Source: a virus
Lineage: Duplodnaviria; Caudoviricetes
DNA: 52,452 nucleotides
Virus record (IMG/VR): IMGVR_UViG_3300010358_000003
Location: 1-52,452 of that record
Reading direction: 5' to 3' (one strand)
Below the pieces are notes generated by a model. The model worked only from the letters and a program-made list of their open reading frames with translations. It searched no databases and was not told where the DNA came from. Shown here one piece after another: positions 7,540-15,377 of this stretch; position 1 is the first letter of the stretch; each line of letters opens with the position of its first letter. The translations under genes were made by a program, and so were the position numbers.

Positions 7540-8619
7540 ATGAAGAAGCTTACAATCTCCCAGCTCAAGACTGCGGTCAAAGAACTCGTGGTTCGCAAGA
7601 ACATGGTCATCCTTGTGCGGGGAGGATCAGGAGTCGGAAAGTCCGAAGGCATCGACCAGGCGATTACCGAGTTGGACAGCCCGAGCGCCCTTCGGGCGCT
7701 GCTGGGACCATCATGTACTTATACTGGCACGGTCATGGATGAGATCAGACTGAGCCAGTATGACAGCGTGGAGTTTCGTGGTTTTCCCCAAGCTGATAAG
7801 AAGACCGGAACGGCGATCTGGTATCCGCCAGCCACCATGCCGTTCATCGGGAACGACTCGTTCCCGGACGACAAGATCATCGTAATATTCCTGGACGAGG
7901 CACCTGATGCGAAACCCGACGTATTTGCCGTTATGCAGCAACTTGTTCTTAATCGTTGCGTGGGTGAGCATGTACTTAAACCTAATGTCCGCATCCTGCT
8001 CGCAGGCAATCGCGAGAGCGATCAGGCATTGGCTAAAAAGTTTCCTATGCCCTTGAATAACCGTGTCCTGCATTTCGAAGCAGTGAACACGGTCGACGAA
8101 TTCTGTGTCTATGCCCAGAGCAAGGGTGTGCCATCCATCTTCATCGCCTTCTGGCAATTTCGCCAAGAACTCGTGAACACTTTTGATTCAAAGAAGATCG
8201 CGGCGATCGTGGCGACGCCGCGCACGTGGTTCTTCGCAGTCGATCTGTGGCAGGACAAGCGGCTCGATCCTGTCATCAAGGAAGCCGCCATGATCGGCGC
8301 CATCGGCGAGGGGCCGGCAATGGAGTTTCTTGCTTATGTGGATGTGTGGGCGAATCTCCCGGCGATCGACAAGATCATCAAGGACCCCGATAACACACCT
8401 GTACCTGAGGAACTGTCGATCAAGTACGCCACTGCCATGCATGTCAGCGAGAAGATGACACTCGCCAATGTGGATCAGCTTCATATCTACTTGAGGCGGT
8501 TCACGGCGGAGTTCGTGGTGATGGCTTGGCAATTGGCAACCGCTCGCGATGCGACGCTGTTCGACAGCGACGCCTATATGGACTATGTGAAAAGGTATCG
8601 TGAAATCTACAAGCAGTAA
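7540..8619 (+). CDS. MoxR-like AAA+ ATPase
   Basis: Walker A GGSGVGKS, Walker B IFLDE, sensor LAGN, Arg finger PLNNR, TPRTW. Confidence 0.88.
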   Translation: MKKLTISQLKTAVKELVVRKNMVILVRGGSGVGKSEGIDQAITELDSPSALRALLGPSCTYTGTVMDEIRLSQYDSVEFRGFPQADKKTGTAIWYPPATMPFIGNDSFPDDKIIVIFLDEAPDAKPDVFAVMQQLVLNRCVGEHVLKPNVRILLAGNRESDQALAKKFPMPLNNRVLHFEAVNTVDEFCVYAQSKGVPSIFIAFWQFRQELVNTFDSKKIAAIVATPRTWFFAVDLWQDKRLDPVIKEAAMIGAIGEGPAMEFLAYVDVWANLPAIDKIIKDPDNTPVPEELSIKYATAMHVSEKMTLANVDQLHIYLRRFTAEFVVMAWQLATARDATLFDSDAYMDYVKRYREIYKQ

Positions 8620-8639
8620 AAAAGAAGGAATGACTGAAC

Positions 8640-8930
8640 ATGACCAAGAAAACTTACAAGGTGGAATTATTTTTTGAAATGCGATGCATCACGCGCGGCT
8701 GGACCGTGCAGGCTGCATCCGAAAAGGAGGCAGAAGCTATTGTCCTATCGTGTATCGGTGAGGACGATGGCTGTTTCGACAGCGAAAAGTTTGACAAACT
8801 CGGAGGCTATGCCGAAAGCTGGGACACGTGCAACGGCACGGACTGCGAGTATGAGTTGGATACTGTCGAAGCCTGCGAAGACGGGCGCTATGACATGGGA
8901 TGTGCTATCGAGCGTGCTCGTGGTGAATGA
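8640..8930 (+). CDS. Acidic hypothetical protein
   Basis: 96 aa, AAGGA SD. Confidence 0.6.
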   Translation: MTKKTYKVELFFEMRCITRGWTVQAASEKEAEAIVLSCIGEDDGCFDSEKFDKLGGYAESWDTCNGTDCEYELDTVEACEDGRYDMGCAIERARGE

Positions 8931-9044
8931 GAAAAACCATAGGGCGGGGACAACCCAGAAAGGATGTGCTGTCAACGCGGATCGCTCCCATAAACAGCAA
9001 CAGAGCCCCGCCTCACACTTACTTAACAAAAGGAAAGTATAGCT

Positions 9045-9281
9045 ATGTCACATTCTAAAGGTATCCTGCGCAATCCGCAGAAAGTAACATGTCGCAAGGT
9101 CCGCCTCAATGCTGAGGGTTACGCCTATGGCGGCCGCCACTATTTCGGCAGTGGACCCCCGCTCTACTATGTGGAGTTGGTTACTCCTGGCGGTGTAGTT
9201 AGCGGTCACGTCCGCGCCAAGTCCAGGGCCGAAGCGATCGAGGAAGCAAAGACACGTCCCTGGTATTGGGGGATCAGATGA
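9045..9281 (+). CDS. Hypothetical protein
   Basis: 78 aa, AAGGA SD. Confidence 0.65.
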   Translation: MSHSKGILRNPQKVTCRKVRLNAEGYAYGGRHYFGSGPPLYYVELVTPGGVVSGHVRAKSRAEAIEEAKTRPWYWGIR

Positions 9282-9496
9282 AACGCGCCTATGCTTCGGC
9301 CAGAGCGGCACGCATTGGCAAGGGACAGATCATCATCTCTCTCGACGGCCCGCGCGGTGGCACGCAATATACCGGTGAGCTTTCTCGCGAATCAGCCGCG
9401 AGGTTGATGTTCGAGCTTAACCGCGCGCTCAAGGAGACTGAGGACCCTGCAAACCTGGACCCGAGCCCATGGATAGTGACGTCAAGGAGTGACTGA
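9278..9496 (+). CDS. Hypothetical protein
   Basis: ATGA overlap with the upstream stop; fills the operon gap. Confidence 0.55.
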   Translation: MKRAYASARAARIGKGQIIISLDGPRGGTQYTGELSRESAARLMFELNRALKETEDPANLDPSPWIVTSRSD

Positions 9497-9498
9497 AC

Positions 9499-11589
9499 AT
9501 GCGACGACAACAACAGAACCAACTTTCCGTCTTCGAGACATCACGTGCTGGACTGGTCAAGGTGAAAGCCTTGATGTTCTTCGCGAGCATCCTGCTGCAA
9601 ACCCCGATGATCGAGGACCCGACGTGCGCCACGGCGTGGACCAACATGGTGGTGATCGGGTACAACCCAGCCTTCATAGAGTCTCTCGACGTCCCCACTG
9701 CAAAATTCGTGATCATTCACGAGATCATGCATATTATCCTGAAGCATGGTCTAAGATTATGTGGTCGCGATCCCGAAGAATGGAACAAGTGCTGTATCAG
9801 TGACGATACCCTTGTCTTGATGGCGGACGGCACAAGCAAGCAAGCCGGCAATATCCGTCTTGGCGAATACGTGTGGTCGCCATTTGGTCCAAGCATGGTC
9901 CTCGATGTGATCGACAAAGGTATTCGCGAGGTGCTTCATCTCTCGCACAACGCCGGCGAATGCTGGGCGACCCCTGATCATCGGTTCTTGACAGAAAGCG
10001 GGTTCATCGATGCCGAGCTACAGAATACCAGGCTGCACGGGCACATTCTCGGAGTTGCCAGAAGCGCAAGAATTCATTCGGCAACACTACAAGGATATGT
10101 CGATGCGCGACTTGGCGCTGACGACAGGCGTTGCTTATCACAACATCGCCAGGTTCATGGAGGTCAACAAGCTGCTAGCCGATCGATATACGACCAAGCG
10201 TCGGAATATCTCCTTGGCGCTTGCCTTGACGCCATTGGAGCTGGCCTACCTGGCTGGGATCATCGACGGCGAGGGCACGATCTCTGTAGCGCAGAACAGT
10301 ATCGTGTATTTACGACCGCATATCGTGATCTCGAATACGTCAACTCTCCTGGCCGAATGGCTCCGCATCCGTGGGTTCGCACCTCATTGGGCGAAGAATA
10401 CCATTGGGCGGGATTATTGGCGGATTTCATGGAGCGGCTTTTCTCTCGACAAGCTTCTGCCATTGATCCGACCGTACCTGGTAATCAAGGCTCGGCACGC
10501 GGATTTGCTCTTGGAACTCATATCGCTTCGGCGGCAACAATCGAAAAATTCGCCGCTGACGGAACGTATGCACGAGCTTGTCTTGATGATCGCATGGCTG
10601 AACGATCGGACGTTGTCATCAGGCGAAAAGGAGAAACGCGATGCGTTATCGATCTCGTCACTGAACACCATGTTTTCGCAGCTGGTGGATTACTGACCCA
10701 CAATTGCGACTATGCCATCAACATCATACTCAAGGACCTGGGCTTCAAGGTCTGGCAGTGGGCGTTAATCGATGACCGGTATAGGGGCATGACTGCGGAG
10801 CAAATCTATCTGGCGCGCCAGCTGGAGCGCGAACAAAACAAGGGTAAGGGCAAAGGCAAGCAGCCCCAACCTGGGCAAGGGCCCCAGCCACCCGAGTCAA
10901 CCCAAGGTGGGCTAGGCGGTGACCTGAAGCCCGTGCCGGCAGTGACGGCTGATACCCGCGATCGAATTGAACACGAGATCAGCAAGACCTTGGCGCGTGC
11001 CACTGCCATCGCCCGCGAGCACGGCGTCATGCCCGGGATACTCAAAGCGATCATCACTGCCACGTACGAGGACCCCGTGCCATGGGACCAGGTGCTGGTC
11101 GACTACATGAGCGCATGTCTCAAGACCGAGGAGAATTGGCGCAGGCGTAACCGTCGGTATTCTGACGTGATCCTGCCCTCGTATAAGTCCGACGGCATGG
11201 ATGAGCTGACCATCGTTGCCGATTCATCTGGCAGCATGTTCAACAAGGCGATCTTCGAACGCATTGCGGTTGCCGTGAATTACATCGTTACCACCATCAA
11301 GCCCATGATAGTTCGAGTTGTGTGGGCGGATGACTCCGAGATGTCGAGCATCGACGTGTTCGAGAACGGTACCGAGGTCGTGCTCCATCCGAAAGGAGGT
11401 GGTGGCACCGATATGCGACGTCCGTTAAAATATGTTGCGGAGCAGTACAGTCCGGAGGTGGTTTTGCTGCTCACCGACGGCTACACACCGTGGTTGGAAA
11501 CTCCACCGCCCTATCCATTAATTATTGGATGTACCACCAACGCACCGTGTCCGGACTATGCCAGTATTGTAAGGATTGACGTGCCATGA
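9499..11589 (+). CDS. DUF2201-like metallopeptidase + VWA-domain protein, intein-containing
   Basis: HEIMH (HExxH) at 9718-9732; WNKC/CDYAIN reconstituted after splicing; MIDAS DSSGS, GGGTD and LTDG; follows a MoxR ATPase; AAGGAG SD. Confidence 0.88.
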   Translation: MRRQQQNQLSVFETSRAGLVKVKALMFFASILLQTPMIEDPTCATAWTNMVVIGYNPAFIESLDVPTAKFVIIHEIMHIILKHGLRLCGRDPEEWNKCCISDDTLVLMADGTSKQAGNIRLGEYVWSPFGPSMVLDVIDKGIREVLHLSHNAGECWATPDHRFLTESGFIDAELQNTRLHGHILGVARSARIHSATLQGYVDARLGADDRRCLSQHRQVHGGQQAASRSIYDQASEYLLGACLDAIGAGLPGWDHRRRGHDLCSAEQYRVFTTAYRDLEYVNSPGRMAPHPWVRTSLGEEYHWAGLLADFMERLFSRQASAIDPTVPGNQGSARGFALGTHIASAATIEKFAADGTYARACLDDRMAERSDVVIRRKGETRCVIDLVTEHHVFAAGGLLTHNCDYAINIILKDLGFKVWQWALIDDRYRGMTAEQIYLARQLEREQNKGKGKGKQPQPGQGPQPPESTQGGLGGDLKPVPAVTADTRDRIEHEISKTLARATAIAREHGVMPGILKAIITATYEDPVPWDQVLVDYMSACLKTEENWRRRNRRYSDVILPSYKSDGMDELTIVADSSGSMFNKAIFERIAVAVNYIVTTIKPMIVRVVWADDSEMSSIDVFENGTEVVLHPKGGGGTDMRRPLKYVAEQYSPEVVLLLTDGYTPWLETPPPYPLIIGCTTNAPCPDYASIVRIDVP
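9793..10704 (+). mobile_element. Intein (304 aa) in the metallopeptidase domain
   Basis: Block A CISDDTLVLMADG, block B ATPDHRFLT (TxxH), blocks F/G VIDLVTEHHVFAAGGLLTHN followed by Cys+1. Confidence 0.92.
10010..10696 (+). CDS. LAGLIDADG homing endonuclease (single motif, N-terminal HTH-like segment), overprinted in the +1 frame of the intein
   Basis: LAYLAGIIDGEG at 10241-10276, then ISNTS and LLPLIRPYLVIK typical of LAGLIDADG proteins; own ATG preceded by AGAAAGCGGG; own TGA. Confidence 0.85.
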   Translation: MPSYRIPGCTGTFSELPEAQEFIRQHYKDMSMRDLALTTGVAYHNIARFMEVNKLLADRYTTKRRNISLALALTPLELAYLAGIIDGEGTISVAQNSIVYLRPHIVISNTSTLLAEWLRIRGFAPHWAKNTIGRDYWRISWSGFSLDKLLPLIRPYLVIKARHADLLLELISLRRQQSKNSPLTERMHELVLMIAWLNDRTLSSGEKEKRDALSISSLNTMFSQLVDY

Positions 11590-12119
11590 TGGCTTCACTG
11601 CGTGATCTTACTGAAGCTGAGGGTAATGCTCTTAAGAAAGCTCTAAGCTATGATCCAGATACTGGATTGTTTGTTTGGCTGGTAACAAGCTCGAAGAAAA
11701 AACTTAACGGTACAATAGCTGGAACACACACTCATCGTTATGTTCAGATTAAGTATAATAATCGCTGGTATTCAGCACATCGGCTTGCGTGGCTTTTTGT
11801 TCATGGTTACTGGCCTAAAAACGAGATCGATCATATCAATGGCGATAAGATGGATAATCGGATCACTAATCTACGCGAAGCAACTCGTGCACAGGGTCGT
11901 GCAAATATGCCGCTAATGCGATCTAACACCTCTGGAGTAAAAGGAGTTGTAAAACGAGGTAAAATATGGGAAGCATACATTGGGGTAAACCATCGCTGGG
12001 CTTATCTCGGATCATTCAAATCAAAGGAGGTAGCTATAGAAATACGCAGACAAGCAGAAGAAAAATACCAACGTGAGTTCAAATGGAACCGACTGACTGA
12101 ACATAAGAAAGGAACTTAA
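11586..12119 (+). CDS. HNH homing endonuclease with an AP2-like C-terminal domain
   Basis: YDPDTG, HRLAW, IDHINGDKMDNRITNLR, SGVKGV, YLGSF; visibly more AT-rich than its neighbours. Confidence 0.88.
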   Translation: MMASLRDLTEAEGNALKKALSYDPDTGLFVWLVTSSKKKLNGTIAGTHTHRYVQIKYNNRWYSAHRLAWLFVHGYWPKNEIDHINGDKMDNRITNLREATRAQGRANMPLMRSNTSGVKGVVKRGKIWEAYIGVNHRWAYLGSFKSKEVAIEIRRQAEEKYQREFKWNRLTEHKKGT

Positions 12120-12121
12120 CA

Positions 12122-12973
12122 ATGGGTCTCGCTCAAAAAGCTATGATTGTCGATCTCCAGCTGTCCCGCTGGAGCGGCACCAAGACCGACCCCAAGGCCA
12201 GCAAGCAGCTCATAGCGAATGCCAACGCCAAGGACGGCTCAGCCATAGTCTCCAAGCGCCTCGTGCCCAAGGAGGCATTCACTGACATTGTCACCGCATG
12301 TAACGCACTGCGCGCTCACATGTCGAAGCACACCCTCCCTTGGTCCGACAACGGGCAGCGTATCATGACACGGAATATCTTTGAAATATTCATGAGCGGG
12401 TATGGCGAACTGGAGCGGCAGTTCAATGCCGCAGTTGCGGAGTTCATCACAGTCAAGTATCCACAAGCCCGCGATCAGGCATCTTTCAGGATGGGTGATC
12501 TCTTTGTGGAGGGTGACTATCCGACGATCGAGGAACTGCAAAAGAAATTCCAGGTGACGTTAGACATCGACGGCATAACCGAACCTGATGATTTCCGCGT
12601 CGCTTTGCCGCAGCAAGAGTTAGATAAACTCAAAGCGGGTATGGAAGAGTCTATCCAACGAAAACTCAGTTCTGCTATGCAAGACGTCTGGCTGCGCATC
12701 GCAGAACTACTCGAACACTACATCGAGAAGATCGGCAACGAGGATGCGATCTTTCGTGACAGCACTGTCAACAACCTGGTTGATCTCATGAACATCCTGC
12801 CAGGCTTGAACGTGACAGGTGATCCGAAACTCCGGGAAATAAGACAAAAGATCATGGCTGGTATTGGTGCTTACCAGCCCGAGAATCTACGCAAGCAAAA
12901 AGACTTACGCGCAGTAGCCGCCAAGGAAGCTCGGGCGATACGCGAGAGTATTAATTCTCACGTGAGTCAGTAA
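12122..12973 (+). CDS. DUF3150-like helical phage protein
   Basis: 283 aa, WSG.K...SKRL...TLPW pattern recalled from proteins that accompany phage MoxR/VWA loci. Confidence 0.55.
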   Translation: MGLAQKAMIVDLQLSRWSGTKTDPKASKQLIANANAKDGSAIVSKRLVPKEAFTDIVTACNALRAHMSKHTLPWSDNGQRIMTRNIFEIFMSGYGELERQFNAAVAEFITVKYPQARDQASFRMGDLFVEGDYPTIEELQKKFQVTLDIDGITEPDDFRVALPQQELDKLKAGMEESIQRKLSSAMQDVWLRIAELLEHYIEKIGNEDAIFRDSTVNNLVDLMNILPGLNVTGDPKLREIRQKIMAGIGAYQPENLRKQKDLRAVAAKEARAIRESINSHVSQ

Positions 12974-13039
12974 CTGTGATTTGCCCGTATTGTGGTTCCA
13001 GGCACTCGGTGCTTGGAACCAATCAACAAAGGAGTTACC

Positions 13040-13369
13040 ATGTCACCGAAAGAGAAACTATATGACTTACGAGAGCCGGCAGAACTAATCCCATCGTTCA
13101 ACCCCGGTGATAGAGCGAATCTCCTGGAGATTCTCCAGCGCTGCCGCCGCATCGAGACCAGGTTAACCCGCTTGCTGGAGGTCGAAGGTATCAGCACGGG
13201 TATACAGCGCCCGTGGTGGGTGGAAGATCAAAGCGTGGTGATGCTACCTTCTCCCATGACTACTATCGATGCAGTCATAAAGACCATCCCAGAGGGATGG
13301 ACGAAGCCAGTACAAGTGGTCCTCAAAGAGAATCAACAGTTCGAGGTCTTATGCCATATCAAACTATAA
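13040..13369 (+). CDS. Hypothetical protein
   Basis: AAGGAG SD before ATG 13040; RRIETRLTR. Confidence 0.7.
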   Translation: MSPKEKLYDLREPAELIPSFNPGDRANLLEILQRCRRIETRLTRLLEVEGISTGIQRPWWVEDQSVVMLPSPMTTIDAVIKTIPEGWTKPVQVVLKENQQFEVLCHIKL

Positions 13370-13465
13370 AGAGTCCACGCGGAGGTTGGGCGTTTGACAG
13401 TAGAAGCCTTGTGCCATAACAAGGGGTAACTGTATTCTATATTTACTTAACAGGAGTGACTTATC

Positions 13466-14179
13466 ATGTTCGCAATTCGCGCCAACTTTAGTTCGATCAC
13501 CTGCTACTCCGATGCAGTCAGCACCTGGGCCTGCGGCGTGGTTTTTCGCAAGGACCCATCAGGCCCGCGAGGTTTGATCAACCGCCGTAAGAAGCACATG
13601 ACTGTTGAGCGAGCGGAGTCCGGGGATATCATCCTGCGTTTGTACGATCATCCTGTGGTGACGTGGCACAAAGATAATTCGGTTACCATTGTTGCATACA
13701 ACACGCGCTCGACGATGGTGTTCGCCAATCGCTGCACACCTGACGAGGTGCGTGTGTTTGCAACCGCCGGCCGGTTCGCTGTTAGAGTTGGCCAGTGGGA
13801 TGAGCGGCGCATCTACAACGTGCCGGATCAGATCACGTTTCGGCAGCACGACGGCGATTGGAAAGCGGACAAGATCGAACCGTGGTTTGTTCCTTGTGTT
13901 AACCGCCCGCGCGCAAAGCAGGCGCTTCAGGAAACAGGCTACTCCGAGTTCAGGACGTGGCTCATTGTCTACATGCAAATGGCCAAGCAACCCGATTGGA
14001 ACAGGCATGTTCGCGATAGCGATGTCCTCACCATGCTGGGTGACCGCACCAGGTGGCGTGAGCTGACCGAGTATTACGCACACGACTGGGGTAGCCATGA
14101 GCGGGTGCTGATGAAGATTCGGAAAATCATTTATAGAAACTACGACTGCATCGAGAACAAGCCTGTTGCGTTTCTCTGA
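13466..14179 (+). CDS. Hypothetical protein
   Basis: 237 aa, AGGAG SD. Confidence 0.75.
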   Translation: MFAIRANFSSITCYSDAVSTWACGVVFRKDPSGPRGLINRRKKHMTVERAESGDIILRLYDHPVVTWHKDNSVTIVAYNTRSTMVFANRCTPDEVRVFATAGRFAVRVGQWDERRIYNVPDQITFRQHDGDWKADKIEPWFVPCVNRPRAKQALQETGYSEFRTWLIVYMQMAKQPDWNRHVRDSDVLTMLGDRTRWRELTEYYAHDWGSHERVLMKIRKIIYRNYDCIENKPVAFL

Positions 14180-14213
14180 ACGAGTGACTGACTAATAACT
14201 GGAGTAATAACCC

Positions 14214-15377
14214 ATGATCATCAGGGTTCCTGTCCCTAATACTAACATCGCCTATCGCATCGATCTCGACAAGCCGATGCATCAGGATTGGCTTGCCTGG
14301 CGCTACGTAACGGGCGAGACGGTTGAGCAACTGGCCAGCGCTCTGCAAGTCGAACGCGCCGTCATTGACAACGTAATCAAGCTGGTTAGCGATCGTAGCA
14401 AACCCGGCCCACGTACCGGCAAGCCAGGCGACTACACTTACTATTATCTGCGCAAGGATTTGGTCGAGACCGTCAGCTACGTCCTCGACCGTTTCGAGAA
14501 GCTATCGACCCGGCGTGCCGGGGATGCGGAAGAGAACATGCGGCACCTGCAGGATTTGTGGGGCTGCGATTTCATGCTGCGCGACAAGACCCTTGGCGAA
14601 CGGATGAAAGGCGGTGACAAATGGTCAGCCGTCGATGCGCCGCACAACGAGATCGCCGACACCATATGGCCGCTTGATCATGCCTTCGCCGTCTATCGTG
14701 ATGAAGGCAAACCGGCTGATATCAGCGACGAGGAGAATGAGCGGCTGTGCGGCAGCCAGGGTATGCGCCTTTACCGCTTTGTCAGCATGACGCCGCAACA
14801 GGTACGCGGCAAGGTAAGTGTCATCCCGCCGTCGAAGAAGATACTCCAGGTCACGTTCGGTGTATTCGGAGACAATGGCGGGTGGGATTGCAACCAGCAT
14901 TTCGCCGGCCTCTTCGGCGGACAGTGGCGTTGCATCGACGCCAGGTCTCCAAGGAGCGGTATCCACATCACGAACAATGCATGGCTAGAGTGGGTCACCA
15001 ATAATCTTTTACCATCTGTGTTGACACGGCGTTATAACTGGCACGTTGCTTTCGGGACGATTCCCGATGGCCCCCGCCTGTTGCTGCCGACCAACCCCAA
15101 CGCTGCGCTGCGCCTGTTCAAGAACCGCGAGCTGGCTGCCGGCCAGACACGCCGGCAGAGTCTCAAGCATTGGGTCGAGTCACATTACCGCGATGCTCAC
15201 GAGAGCCTGGAGTTCGTCTGTCATCATCTGCGCGGCCACACGCGTTTTCAATGGAGTGATCTTGCGTGTGAATTGTTCGTGTCCGAGTACGATCTGAACA
15301 TGGCTGAGTTCTTCAAGGCGCAAGCTAACGAGTGGCGCTCGCGCCGGACTCACAATCGCGTCAAGGTGCGGCTATGA
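14214..15377 (+). CDS. Hypothetical protein
   Basis: 387 aa, GGAG SD; stop overlaps the polymerase start. Confidence 0.75.
   Translation: MIIRVPVPNTNIAYRIDLDKPMHQDWLAWRYVTGETVEQLASALQVERAVIDNVIKLVSDRSKPGPRTGKPGDYTYYYLRKDLVETVSYVLDRFEKLSTRRAGDAEENMRHLQDLWGCDFMLRDKTLGERMKGGDKWSAVDAPHNEIADTIWPLDHAFAVYRDEGKPADISDEENERLCGSQGMRLYRFVSMTPQQVRGKVSVIPPSKKILQVTFGVFGDNGGWDCNQHFAGLFGGQWRCIDARSPRSGIHITNNAWLEWVTNNLLPSVLTRRYNWHVAFGTIPDGPRLLLPTNPNAALRLFKNRELAAGQTRRQSLKHWVESHYRDAHESLEFVCHHLRGHTRFQWSDLACELFVSEYDLNMAEFFKAQANEWRSRRTHNRVKVRL

Noticed and set aside
10010-10696. Nested ORF as a meaningless shadow ORF
   Set aside because: It carries a clear LAGLIDADG motif and downstream family features, whereas the intein-frame translation of the same DNA has none.
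13394-13420. TTGACA...CATAAC promoter
   Set aside because: The spacer is only about 15 nt and the -10 is weak; not called.
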